DNA from: a virus
Reading direction: 5' to 3' (one strand)
DNA: 38,694 nt
IMG/VR virus record: IMGVR_UViG_3300036945_000388
Below, piece by piece: positions 31,406-38,694 of this stretch (position 1 is the stretch's first letter; each line of letters begins with the position of its first letter). The notes below the pieces were generated by a model. The model saw only the letters and a list, made by a program, of their open reading frames with translations. It was not told the origin of the DNA and made no database searches. The translations under genes and the position numbers were made by a program.

Positions 31406-32629
31406 TTAGAACGTGCCGCCGTCGATAGTGCTGTTTGGATCAAGATAATCAGTTCCAGCAACAGCCACTGAATAAGCCGTTCCGTTGCCCTTCAACAAGC
31501 CATTAACAGCAGTTGTTAGACCAATACCGCCATAAGCTATGCCAATGGTCGATCCGTTCCACGTTCCGGTTCCAATCGTTCCAAGCGTGGTGATTGATGT
31601 CTGACCAACATAAGTTGATGCAATGTCAACACTGTCAGCCGCAACCGAAATTCGATTTGCTGTACCTACGACATCAAATGTGTTGCCAGTTAATGTTAAT
31701 CCATTCCCAGCGGCGTATGAGCCAGCGCCAGAAAATTGAGTAAACGTAACGCTTGTAGAGTTCAGCGTCCCGCCGGGGTCTACTGTGCAAACAAAACCAA
31801 CGTCGGCATTAACAGTTCCACGCTCAACAAACACAAATGCACTGACTAATTCATTCCAAGTGTCAGCGTCAGCGGCTCTTGTCCAAGCGCCAGCAGCAAC
31901 GAGATAAATTCCGTTTTGAGAAGATGTTGCTTGGTTCTTAACCAGAACACGATCACCAGCAATGACAGAAATTCCGTCAATGGTTTGTGGCGCTGTGAGC
32001 GTAATGTCCGCAGTGGTCGCGGCTACAACAGATGCCTTAACATCCAAGCCCTGCGCTACGCTATCAACATAGTTCTTAGTTGCAGCGTCAGTCGATGCGC
32101 TTGGCTCTGCAAGGTTTGTGATCCGCTGTGAGTTAAACGAATAAGCGGACGTTGGTGCGCCAATATCATTAAGGATCGCGTTCGCAGCAGCGGTTACTAA
32201 TCCCTTGCCGTTAACAGTCAGCTTTGTGAATGTTCCAACATTGGAGTTTACCGTTGCAAGAGTAAGGGCCGCGCTGACGTTGGCAGAACCATTAAAGCTA
32301 CTCAGGGTCGCAGTTGCATCACCAGTGAGGGAAAGGTCCCGTGCAGTAGCAAGCGTTGTAGCAGTACCAGCATTGCCAGTGATTGAGCCGCTAATGGTAT
32401 CGGAGAAGGTCTTGACGCCAGCAACTGTTTGAGCGCCAGTAAGAGCAAGATAAGCGCCACTACCAGCGATAGCCTCAACAGTTGTCGCTGATCCACCAGA
32501 GCCACCAGTTCCCTTACCATAGTAAAGGACGTTATCAACTTCGTTAAAGGCTAACTCAGCATTCTGTAGGCTAGTTGGCGCTCCACTGCCGCCAGACGCC
32601 CTGCGTTTAATCCTAAGTGTATTAGCCAT
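31406..32629 (-). CDS. Tail fibre protein, 407 aa
   Basis: N-terminus LRIKRRASGGSGAPTSLQNAELAFNEVDNVLYYGKG, Thr/Ala/Gly-rich beta-type shaft, ends IDGGTF. TAATG coupling to the upstream gene. Confidence 0.75.
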   Translation of the reverse strand: MANTLRIKRRASGGSGAPTSLQNAELAFNEVDNVLYYGKGTGGSGGSATTVEAIAGSGAYLALTGAQTVAGVKTFSDTISGSITGNAGTATTLATARDLSLTGDATATLSSFNGSANVSAALTLATVNSNVGTFTKLTVNGKGLVTAAANAILNDIGAPTSAYSFNSQRITNLAEPSASTDAATKNYVDSVAQGLDVKASVVAATTADITLTAPQTIDGISVIAGDRVLVKNQATSSQNGIYLVAAGAWTRAADADTWNELVSAFVFVERGTVNADVGFVCTVDPGGTLNSTSVTFTQFSGAGSYAAGNGLTLTGNTFDVVGTANRISVAADSVDIASTYVGQTSITTLGTIGTGTWNGSTIGIAYGGIGLTTAVNGLLKGNGTAYSVAVAGTDYLDPNSTIDGGTF

Positions 32630-33003
32630 TAGAAGTTGCCCCCATCAACAAGATTTTCACGCGCCTGATTTTGCCACTTATTGACTGACGCTGCATAACA
32701 CAAAACATTACCATCAACAAGATTTGATAAATCGACATCATCTAGTTCAGATAATGATAGGGGGCTTGCTGTTGCTTGTGTGGTTCCATCTGGAAACTTA
32801 AAGCCACCAGTTGTGCTTTCTATGACATCAGAAGAAGTGAGTTTGCCTGTTTTACTGATGCTAAACTTAGAATTAGCATTTATCCGTAGATCAAGCAGCT
32901 TAGAGTCAGCCGCACTGGCAGCATCAGTGACATTAATCTTGATGCCGTTGAACGAGGTCCCGCTATTGTTCCAATTGTCAGTTAGGTCATAGATGTAGGC
33001 CAT
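32629..33003 (-). CDS. Small fibre-associated protein, 124 aa
   Basis: FKFPDGTTQATA motif. C-terminus VDGGNF mirrors the C-terminus of the next fibre. Confidence 0.65.
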   Translation of the reverse strand: MAYIYDLTDNWNNSGTSFNGIKINVTDAASAADSKLLDLRINANSKFSISKTGKLTSSDVIESTTGGFKFPDGTTQATASPLSLSELDDVDLSNLVDGNVLCYAASVNKWQNQARENLVDGGNF

Positions 33004-33063
33004 AACTTCTTCCTATCATTTTATGGCTTAAATGCCAACTGAGTATTGCAGTCAAGTCCGCAA

Positions 33064-33801
33064 TCAATAGAAAGTCTGCGGGACCGGAATGTTGGTTACA
33101 TCAATCACTAGCAATTTGGATGGAGTGTCCCAATCCGGTGGCACATTGTAGCTGCTTGAATCCCCAACAGTTATAACAACGTCGTCGAAACTAACGCCTG
33201 ATGTGTCCACTGTTTGAAAAGAGTTGCTGAGTATTCCGCCATATAGGTCGCAGTCATTTATTATCCGAAGTGACGCACAATAGCTGAATCCATCCCATAT
33301 TTCTGGTCCACCAGTATCATAGCAATAAACATCGCCTCGCGTGGCGTAACCGCCCATTGAAGCATTGGCTATCGCCAAGGTTTTGCCAGTGTGCGTAACA
33401 TTGGCGCTGCCTGTGAGCATATTCAGAACCTGCATTGGGAAGAAGTTGCTATTAAACACTCTTTGCCCACTGGCGTTAAATATCTCTATTCCATATGACC
33501 CAGAGTTTGCTGGCAAAGAGGCCGCGTAATCAAAAATATAATAAGTGTACGAAGTGCCTATTGGTGCGCTTGTAACGTATGTGCTGCCACCCGCCTTCGC
33601 TACGTTATACCCAGCCATTTTTATCGCCACGATAGGATTCGTCATGCCACTTACATCTACGGTAAGCGAAGATGGGGAACTATTGCCTACTACGCGAGAT
33701 ACTGTAGTTCCAGTTCCGGTCTTTCTGCAAAACCAGCAGATCATTTCAGAGTTGGCCTGTAGGGTTCCGTCAGCAGCGTATATTTCTATTCCATAAGCCA
33801 T
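33064..33801 (-). CDS. Tail/baseplate-associated hypothetical protein, 245 aa from MAYGIEIY
   Basis: An internal repeat of the N-terminal motif (MAYGIEIYAADG / SYGIEIFNASG) also matches the upstream 108-aa ORF (MAFGLEAWNANG). Confidence 0.65.
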   Translation of the reverse strand: MAYGIEIYAADGTLQANSEMICWFCRKTGTGTTVSRVVGNSSPSSLTVDVSGMTNPIVAIKMAGYNVAKAGGSTYVTSAPIGTSYTYYIFDYAASLPANSGSYGIEIFNASGQRVFNSNFFPMQVLNMLTGSANVTHTGKTLAIANASMGGYATRGDVYCYDTGGPEIWDGFSYCASLRIINDCDLYGGILSNSFQTVDTSGVSFDDVVITVGDSSSYNVPPDWDTPSKLLVIDVTNIPVPQTFY

Positions 33802-33803
33802 AT

Positions 33804-34130
33804 TTAGAATATCCCATAAGTAAAAGTTGTGTCCGGCCTTGTCAGAGAACCTGGGGAAGAAGCCCCATTGGGGAAACTCCATGTCAAGACATTGCCACTA
33901 ATGCTAAACACCGCAGTGTTCCCGTCTGGGTCGATGCCGCCAGTTATAGGCATGGCAAACGCAACATGACCAGAATACGCCGTAAACCTTGTGTCAGTGA
34001 TTGTGCCAGACACTGCCGTTCCAGTGTAGGTATTTCCTATGCTGGCAACGCCAAAGAATTTAGCCACCTTTGATGTTATGCTAATGGTTTTATCGCCATT
34101 AGCGTTCCAAGCCTCCAATCCAAAAGCCAT
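33804..34130 (-). CDS. Tail-associated hypothetical protein, 108 aa
   Basis: Directly after the J-like gene. Shares the N-terminal motif with 33064..33801. Confidence 0.65.
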   Translation of the reverse strand: MAFGLEAWNANGDKTISITSKVAKFFGVASIGNTYTGTAVSGTITDTRFTAYSGHVAFAMPITGGIDPDGNTAVFSISGNVLTWSFPNGASSPGSLTRPDTTFTYGIF

Positions 34131-34142
34131 AGCAAATGCTCC

Positions 34143-37046
34143 CTATAGACTTAGATTGCCGATCTTAACGCGCACTCTGGTCGCATCGAATACCTTAATA
34201 ATGTTGTCAGATATTTCAACTCGCTCACCAGTGGTGGCCGTCCGTAGCGTTCCTATTGTCGCTGTTATGGCTGACAATTGCGTCACATTTATTTTCGCTG
34301 CGGTCACAGCGCCAGCCGCTATTTCATCCGCAGTGATGGCATTACTTGCGATTTGTCCGGCAGTGATTGTGTTCGCAGCAATTTCGTTTGCTGTTACTGC
34401 GTTGGCAGCTATTTTTGGAGTTGTGATCGCATCTGTGCCAATTTGTGTTTCGGTAATTGTTCCAGTAATATCAACCGCAGGAACTGCTGATGTCCACGCC
34501 GTTCCATTGTAGCGATACAGCTTATCGTCTGATGTAAGGAAAACGACCCTGCCTTCAAACAAATCAGTAGTTGGCAATGTCGCAACTATCTCATAACCGC
34601 CCTTTGCCTTAGATAGCGAAAGCACCTTATCAAGCGTTACCCCAGCATATGTTCCTGATCCGGTAGCGCGGATTGTAAGGCTGGCTGTATCCTCATTGGC
34701 ATCAAAGCCACCAGTTACAGAATATGTTTGAGAGGAATAGCCGACAGTCAGAGTCTGTGGGTTGCTCAGGGTCGAAAGCGAGAATGATGAACTTACATCC
34801 GTATTACCGCTGAACACCTTAAAGGTTCCCGTCGCTGGACCATAGGAAACAACGCCGCCATTAGCATAGGAGAATAACTGAACAGCCTCTCTGGTAAGAT
34901 AGCCAGTGATTGCCGCAGTTCCGGCAGCGCCTGGTGCGCCATCAGCACCAGCGGGGCCAGTAGCGCCAGTAGCGCCAGTAGCGCCCGTAGAACCTTGCGA
35001 AGCCAGCAGCGCCCAATTTGTTCCGGGAGGGCCATTAAGGGCCGTTGATGTATGGGCAATGATTACGGAATAGCTTGATCCGTTGCGCTGCACAAAATCG
35101 CCAACAATGTATGACACGGACGAGCCTGACCACTCGCCCCTGTTGACGTTCCGTGTGGTGTATTCCGCCACTGCCTTATTCAGCAACTCAAGTTCGTTTA
35201 CATATTCCTGCAAAGCAGTGTCTAAGCTGTTACGAACAACTGGCGAGTCTTCGGCTGTGTTATTCCAAGCTGGCGTAATCGCAGCAAGCAGATTGAGCCA
35301 AGCAGTCCTCTTTGTGTTGACATTCGTTGTCGAAATCGCCCGTGTGGTCGCAATTGAAAACAGCGCCTGATATGAACTTTCTAGTTCAGCCGCCTTTGGT
35401 ATCAGAATACGAATCTTCTCATCGATGGTCAGTATTCCATCATCATCAAGTTTTGCGATTAGATCGAATGTCTGCTCAATGCCAAGAATGAATGGGCTGT
35501 TGAGCGGATTGTAAATGGTCGGCGCAGTTGGCGTTATAGGCGCAACTTCATTGGCATCCCATGCGTAGATAGCCGCGTTTTCTTCGACCAACGCCATTGG
35601 CACTTGACCGTCAAAGCGAATCTCTTGGCTAACAACGCGGAATAGTTTGTTCGACCAGCCCAATGCCTCAAGGTTTATGCGGACAACATCACCGACCTGA
35701 CAACCCAATGCTTTGGCGTTAAAGGTTGTAGAGAACATGCCGCGATACTGATTGCGCTGCAAAACTTGCTTGGCAATGCGCTGCGCACGGCGACCATCTT
35801 CGACATATGGAAGATCAAGGGACATAACCCGCTCAATCCCATCAGGGGCCGCAAAGCCTACTTCTGGGTAGTCAACCATCTGATAAAGGCTGTTGGCTGA
35901 TGGATCGACATAACGGCCACGGGCAATGTTGTAGTTTTCCGTCAATCCGCGAGTTTGCTGCCAATCAAACTCACCCAGCATGTCGCCTTCATTAAAGGTA
36001 AGCACATAGTCGGCAAGGTCGTTCTTCATTGCCGTTACTGTCAACTTGCCGCCATTGTCACGGAGCGTACCGTTCATTGACGCAAGCAAGTTGTTAATAA
36101 TTTCCATACGGTCATCAGCATCAGATGCTGTGCCGCTGGTGCGGTAACGCTTTTGAGTTCCGCCAATTGCCAAGGTTACATTCTCATCACAGGCGTTCGC
36201 TGCTGTAATGAACGACTCCATGTCGATGCGGGTATAGGGAACACCACAGCCAACAGATAACTTGCCGTTGATCTCCCAACCAAGCAGCCACCATAGCAGT
36301 TGCAGGGCAGGGTTATCGGTGTCATCCGCATTTGTGTACGCGCCCCAAGTGCTTTGATCTGTGGCGCGGTGTGAGCCAGAGCCACCGGGTACTGTGCTAT
36401 CTTTGCGCGGATCGTAAAGCAAAGCGCCGTCGCCAATAACAGTTACGCGGCTGGGCAAGCCACTTACCAGTGGACTCTCTGCTTTTTTGGTAAGACCAGT
36501 TCGCTTAATGCGAAGATGCAAATAAGCGCAGCCAGTAAGGCGACGGGTCGAACCCCATTTGCCACCACCGTTAATTGAAATGTAGTTGCCAGCCGTTCCC
36601 TCAGTGCGAACAGTAACAGTCAGATAACCAGAGTAAGTGCCTGTAACACCGCCAGCGAGTGTCCATGCTTGCTTTTCTTCAAACCATATTTCCGTAATAG
36701 ACGCAACTTTATGAGCCGCAACAGCAATAATATAATCAACATACTCTTGATCTGTGCCGCTGGATTCATGATACCGAAGATCAAGAGGCATCGCCGTTGT
36801 GCCGAACACAGCTTTTCGTGGCGTTGACGGGTCTAGGCTGACGTTCAGGCGTGATATTTGTGTCTTTGGTATCTTTGGGCCAAACAGCGCCATTGAGGCT
36901 GTAGAAAGGGCTAGTGAAGCTCCTACGGCAGCAATTGCGGCGGCGGTGGCAGCGCCAGCGCCAATTGCAGTGGCGATTGGACCTGATAAAACGACAAGCG
37001 CAACACCAACCGCAACCAATGCAATAGTTTTTAGAGTTTTACCCAC
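34143..37046 (-). CDS. Central tail fibre / host-specificity protein (lambda gpJ-like), 967 aa, GTG start
   Basis: Largest tail-tip ORF after the M/L/K-like genes. Hydrophobic Ala/Gly-rich N-terminus, collagen-like G-X-Y run, and C-terminal 10-aa repeats. Confidence 0.8.
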   Translation of the reverse strand: MGKTLKTIALVAVGVALVVLSGPIATAIGAGAATAAAIAAVGASLALSTASMALFGPKIPKTQISRLNVSLDPSTPRKAVFGTTAMPLDLRYHESSGTDQEYVDYIIAVAAHKVASITEIWFEEKQAWTLAGGVTGTYSGYLTVTVRTEGTAGNYISINGGGKWGSTRRLTGCAYLHLRIKRTGLTKKAESPLVSGLPSRVTVIGDGALLYDPRKDSTVPGGSGSHRATDQSTWGAYTNADDTDNPALQLLWWLLGWEINGKLSVGCGVPYTRIDMESFITAANACDENVTLAIGGTQKRYRTSGTASDADDRMEIINNLLASMNGTLRDNGGKLTVTAMKNDLADYVLTFNEGDMLGEFDWQQTRGLTENYNIARGRYVDPSANSLYQMVDYPEVGFAAPDGIERVMSLDLPYVEDGRRAQRIAKQVLQRNQYRGMFSTTFNAKALGCQVGDVVRINLEALGWSNKLFRVVSQEIRFDGQVPMALVEENAAIYAWDANEVAPITPTAPTIYNPLNSPFILGIEQTFDLIAKLDDDGILTIDEKIRILIPKAAELESSYQALFSIATTRAISTTNVNTKRTAWLNLLAAITPAWNNTAEDSPVVRNSLDTALQEYVNELELLNKAVAEYTTRNVNRGEWSGSSVSYIVGDFVQRNGSSYSVIIAHTSTALNGPPGTNWALLASQGSTGATGATGATGPAGADGAPGAAGTAAITGYLTREAVQLFSYANGGVVSYGPATGTFKVFSGNTDVSSSFSLSTLSNPQTLTVGYSSQTYSVTGGFDANEDTASLTIRATGSGTYAGVTLDKVLSLSKAKGGYEIVATLPTTDLFEGRVVFLTSDDKLYRYNGTAWTSAVPAVDITGTITETQIGTDAITTPKIAANAVTANEIAANTITAGQIASNAITADEIAAGAVTAAKINVTQLSAITATIGTLRTATTGERVEISDNIIKVFDATRVRVKIGNLSL
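34290..34439 (-). repeat. Five tandem 10-aa (30-bp) repeats near the J-like C-terminus
   Basis: GTDAITTPKI / AANAVTANEI / AANTITAGQI / ASNAITADEI / AAGAVTAAKI. Confidence 0.85.
34914..34994 (-). repeat. Collagen-like run of nine G-X-Y triplets (GSTGATGATGATGPAGADGAPGAAGTA) inside the J-like gene
   Basis: Read from the translation. Includes a 9-bp tandem DNA repeat, gtagcgcca x3. Confidence 0.85.
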
Positions 37047-37437
37047 GGCCTACACTCCAGCACTTATCCCATAAGGATCGGTTGATGCGCTCCAAGCCAT
37101 CGTCTGAAACGAAGTAAGCGAAGCCACCCATTACTACACCAACGCTGCCATCAAAGAAAGCCAAGTCGCCGCGCTGGGCATGACCTATTTCTACTTCTGG
37201 GAACTTGGCGTCCATCGTCTCTTCAAGCGTTCCTGCGCCAATATCCTTAATCGCCTTCAGGCTAGTTTTAAGGCTATCATATTGCCCACGGAACTCAGAC
37301 ATAGGGTCTTCGCCAGTTATGGCCTCAACGGCTCCTGCGGCAAACAGGCAGCAGTCATTTACGCCATACTCAAACGGTTCATGGCGCTTGGCGACAATGT
37401 AGCCAGATAAGGCGTCTTCCCAAGTTGATATTCTCAT
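37039..37437 (-). CDS. NlpC/P60-like (papain-fold) tail-tip protein, gpK-position, 132 aa
   Basis: FEYGVNDCCLFAAGAVEAITG (candidate catalytic Cys) and HAQRGDLAFFDGSVGVVMG (candidate His). Lies between the L-like and J-like genes. Confidence 0.55.
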   Translation of the reverse strand: MRISTWEDALSGYIVAKRHEPFEYGVNDCCLFAAGAVEAITGEDPMSEFRGQYDSLKTSLKAIKDIGAGTLEETMDAKFPEVEIGHAQRGDLAFFDGSVGVVMGGFAYFVSDDGLERINRSLWDKCWSVGRG

Positions 37438-38066
37438 CTGAAATTCGACATCCCATAATCGTTTTCGCCAGCGCCGCCCCCACCGTAGCTGTAGCTACCA
37501 GCTTCAGCCATACCGTTCGCTGCCGCTATAGATGTTTCCGCACTAAGATCACCAGCATCAAAAATGTTTTGAATAAGGTATGTCTTATTTTGTGCGCCAG
37601 CAATACTTGCCAAATAGTTTTCAATTGTAAGTGTGACTGTCTGGCTTCCCGCGCCGCCAGAAATACTTACCTCGTTCATGTACCCAGTGTAATAAGGTAT
37701 TACAGAACCAACTTGGCTCTCATTCTGGTCAACGCAATAAAACCAAAGCCTAGCAATGCGCCCCTGCCATTTTGACTTGTCGCCAATAATAGCTAAAAAG
37801 TCAGCATTGTTTACGATAAGACCGCTCATTGAAATTGCGACGGTATCAGAACCTGTTTCACTGTGCTTAACAGGGGATACATTTATTAGATTGTGATCAA
37901 AGCTATCGTAAGTTCCATCCAGTTCAGTGTCGCCCGATCCAGAAATAACCTTGTCGTAAAGGCCGCTTGTGCCGCGCAAAACATCGCCAACAAAGTCAGC
38001 GTAAATAAGCACCCGCCAGTTAACGACTGTGGCTTCAAGCGCAGCCTGTGTGGTTGCATCAACCAT
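37434..38066 (-). CDS. Tail tip assembly protein (gpL-position), 210 aa
   Basis: Synteny M-L-K-J. ATGA/TAATG coupling on both sides. No Cys cluster seen. Confidence 0.55.
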   Translation of the reverse strand: MVDATTQAALEATVVNWRVLIYADFVGDVLRGTSGLYDKVISGSGDTELDGTYDSFDHNLINVSPVKHSETGSDTVAISMSGLIVNNADFLAIIGDKSKWQGRIARLWFYCVDQNESQVGSVIPYYTGYMNEVSISGGAGSQTVTLTIENYLASIAGAQNKTYLIQNIFDAGDLSAETSIAAANGMAEAGSYSYGGGGAGENDYGMSNFR

Positions 38067-38656
38067 TAAAAGGACTCCCGTAGGTTCAGTGATAGGCTAT
38101 ATACATAACCTGTCTCAACTGAAAGCGTTGGCTCCTCCACCAGATACATTAGGCAATATGGGTTCTTATATTCAATCGCAGCATTGTCTGCTGGCGATGT
38201 GCGGATCGGCGGCTCGAACGTCAGCACAGCAACGCCAGAGCCGTTAGATGTGACGTTTTCAGTCAACTGCAAAAGCTGGTTGTTAATGGTCACATACTGA
38301 CCCGCCTGTAAGACGGTAGTGGACAGGGGCCAGCCATCAGTGTTCAGCGTCCGGCCTGTCTGAGCAGCGCCGTTCACCAGTGGGGTTGCTGTTGCAGCCG
38401 ACTGCGCAACAGGATCGACGGGAACCTGAAAGTCGTTTGCCGCACCACGCGATTTGGCAATGAAAGAGCGCCAAGCATTGATGCTGAGTGTGCCTACAAT
38501 TGGCGGGAAGGTGATCTGGGCTTCCCACCATCCACGGCCAGAGGCAAGCGTCTGACGCCGTCCCGTCCAATCAGATACGTTCGTCTGCGCTGGCATAACC
38601 AGCCGCCATGCCATGCCCTGTGGCCTTGGCGTTGAAGGATATGTGATTGTAGCCAT
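38066..38656 (-). CDS. Distal tail protein (Dit / gpM-position), 196 aa
   Basis: First gene after the tape measure once the contig is circularised (TAATG overlap at 87-91 = 38654-38658). Beta-rich. Confidence 0.6.
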   Translation of the reverse strand: MATITYPSTPRPQGMAWRLVMPAQTNVSDWTGRRQTLASGRGWWEAQITFPPIVGTLSINAWRSFIAKSRGAANDFQVPVDPVAQSAATATPLVNGAAQTGRTLNTDGWPLSTTVLQAGQYVTINNQLLQLTENVTSNGSGVAVLTFEPPIRTSPADNAAIEYKNPYCLMYLVEEPTLSVETGYVYSLSLNLRESF

Positions 38657-38694
38657 TACTGCATTGCTCCACCGAGGCGCGGCCTACGAAGGCT
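38568..38694. repeat. Right copy of the 127-bp terminal direct repeat
   Basis: Identical to 1..127. It contains the start of the Dit-like gene and the stop of the tape measure gene. Confidence 0.95.

Noticed and set aside
33802-33882. Frameshift or fusion between the 108-aa and 272-aa track ORFs (79-nt open overlap)
   Set aside because: No slippery heptamer is present. A clean ATG (33801) lies 2 nt after the upstream stop and begins the conserved MAYGIEIY motif, so two separate genes are more parsimonious.
29718-34130. Diversity-generating retroelement acting on the fibre genes
   Set aside because: The closed genome has no reverse transcriptase ORF, and I found no template/variable repeat pair with adenine-specific differences.
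34039-34512. 157-aa very hydrophobic plus-strand ORF antisense to the J-like C-terminal repeats
   Set aside because: Its hydrophobic periodicity is the mirror image of the Ala/Ile/Thr 10-aa repeats on the coding strand.
1-38694. tRNA/tmRNA genes, integrase or transposase, and flanking host DNA
   Set aside because: I saw no cloverleaf-like sequence in the few non-coding gaps and no recombinase-like ORF. The contig closes on itself, so there is no host flank or att site to report.

Overview
The window is one complete, circularly closed tailed-phage genome. Bases 1-127 are identical to bases 38568-38694, so the unit length is 38,567 bp and the contig ends overlap. The virion module is siphovirus-type and lambda/HK97-like. 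Gene order on the minus strand is terS, GpA-type terL, gpW-like, lambda-type portal, four unassigned genes, a fused HK97 prohead protease/major capsid protein, FII-like connector, two paralogous neck/terminator proteins, two paralogous tail-tube proteins, G/GT chaperone with a -1 frameshift site, and tape measure. It continues across the junction into Dit/M-like, L-like, NlpC/P60-like and J-like tip proteins, a six-gene fibre region, an accessory block, and a lysis cassette (amidase, holin, Rz with embedded Rz1). Two divergent transcription units leave a control region at about 20344-20460 and converge at 26916-26919. The plus-strand unit carries a Sak4-like ATPase, an RNAP alpha-CTD-like protein, a DUF669 SSB-like protein, a Cas4-like PD-(D/E)XK nuclease, an SF2 helicase, VRR-NUC and small ORFs. 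The minus-strand early unit carries a Cro-like HTH, a stand-alone DnaA domain-IV-like protein, a Toprim primase/RepA-like helicase, an iteron array and small accessory genes, and ends at a clear intrinsic terminator just before a non-coding cos/pac-like region. I found no integrase, CI-type repressor, tRNA, rRNA, CRISPR array or transposase. The leads I consider most worth follow-up are: (1) the DnaA-domain-IV-only protein, primase-helicase and DnaA-box-like TTGTCCAC iteron cluster; (2) a helically phased array of 8-9 ATTATTGCG-type sites plus 27-bp tandem repeats in a 415-bp intergenic gap; (3) the four-gene insertion between portal and capsid genes, including a 9 x 22-aa repeat protein; (4) three tandem paralogue pairs among virion genes, including a duplicated tail tube; (5) a sigma-r4/LuxR-like HTH fused to a metallophosphoesterase in the late operon. 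All family assignments come from motif recognition by eye. No database search was run.
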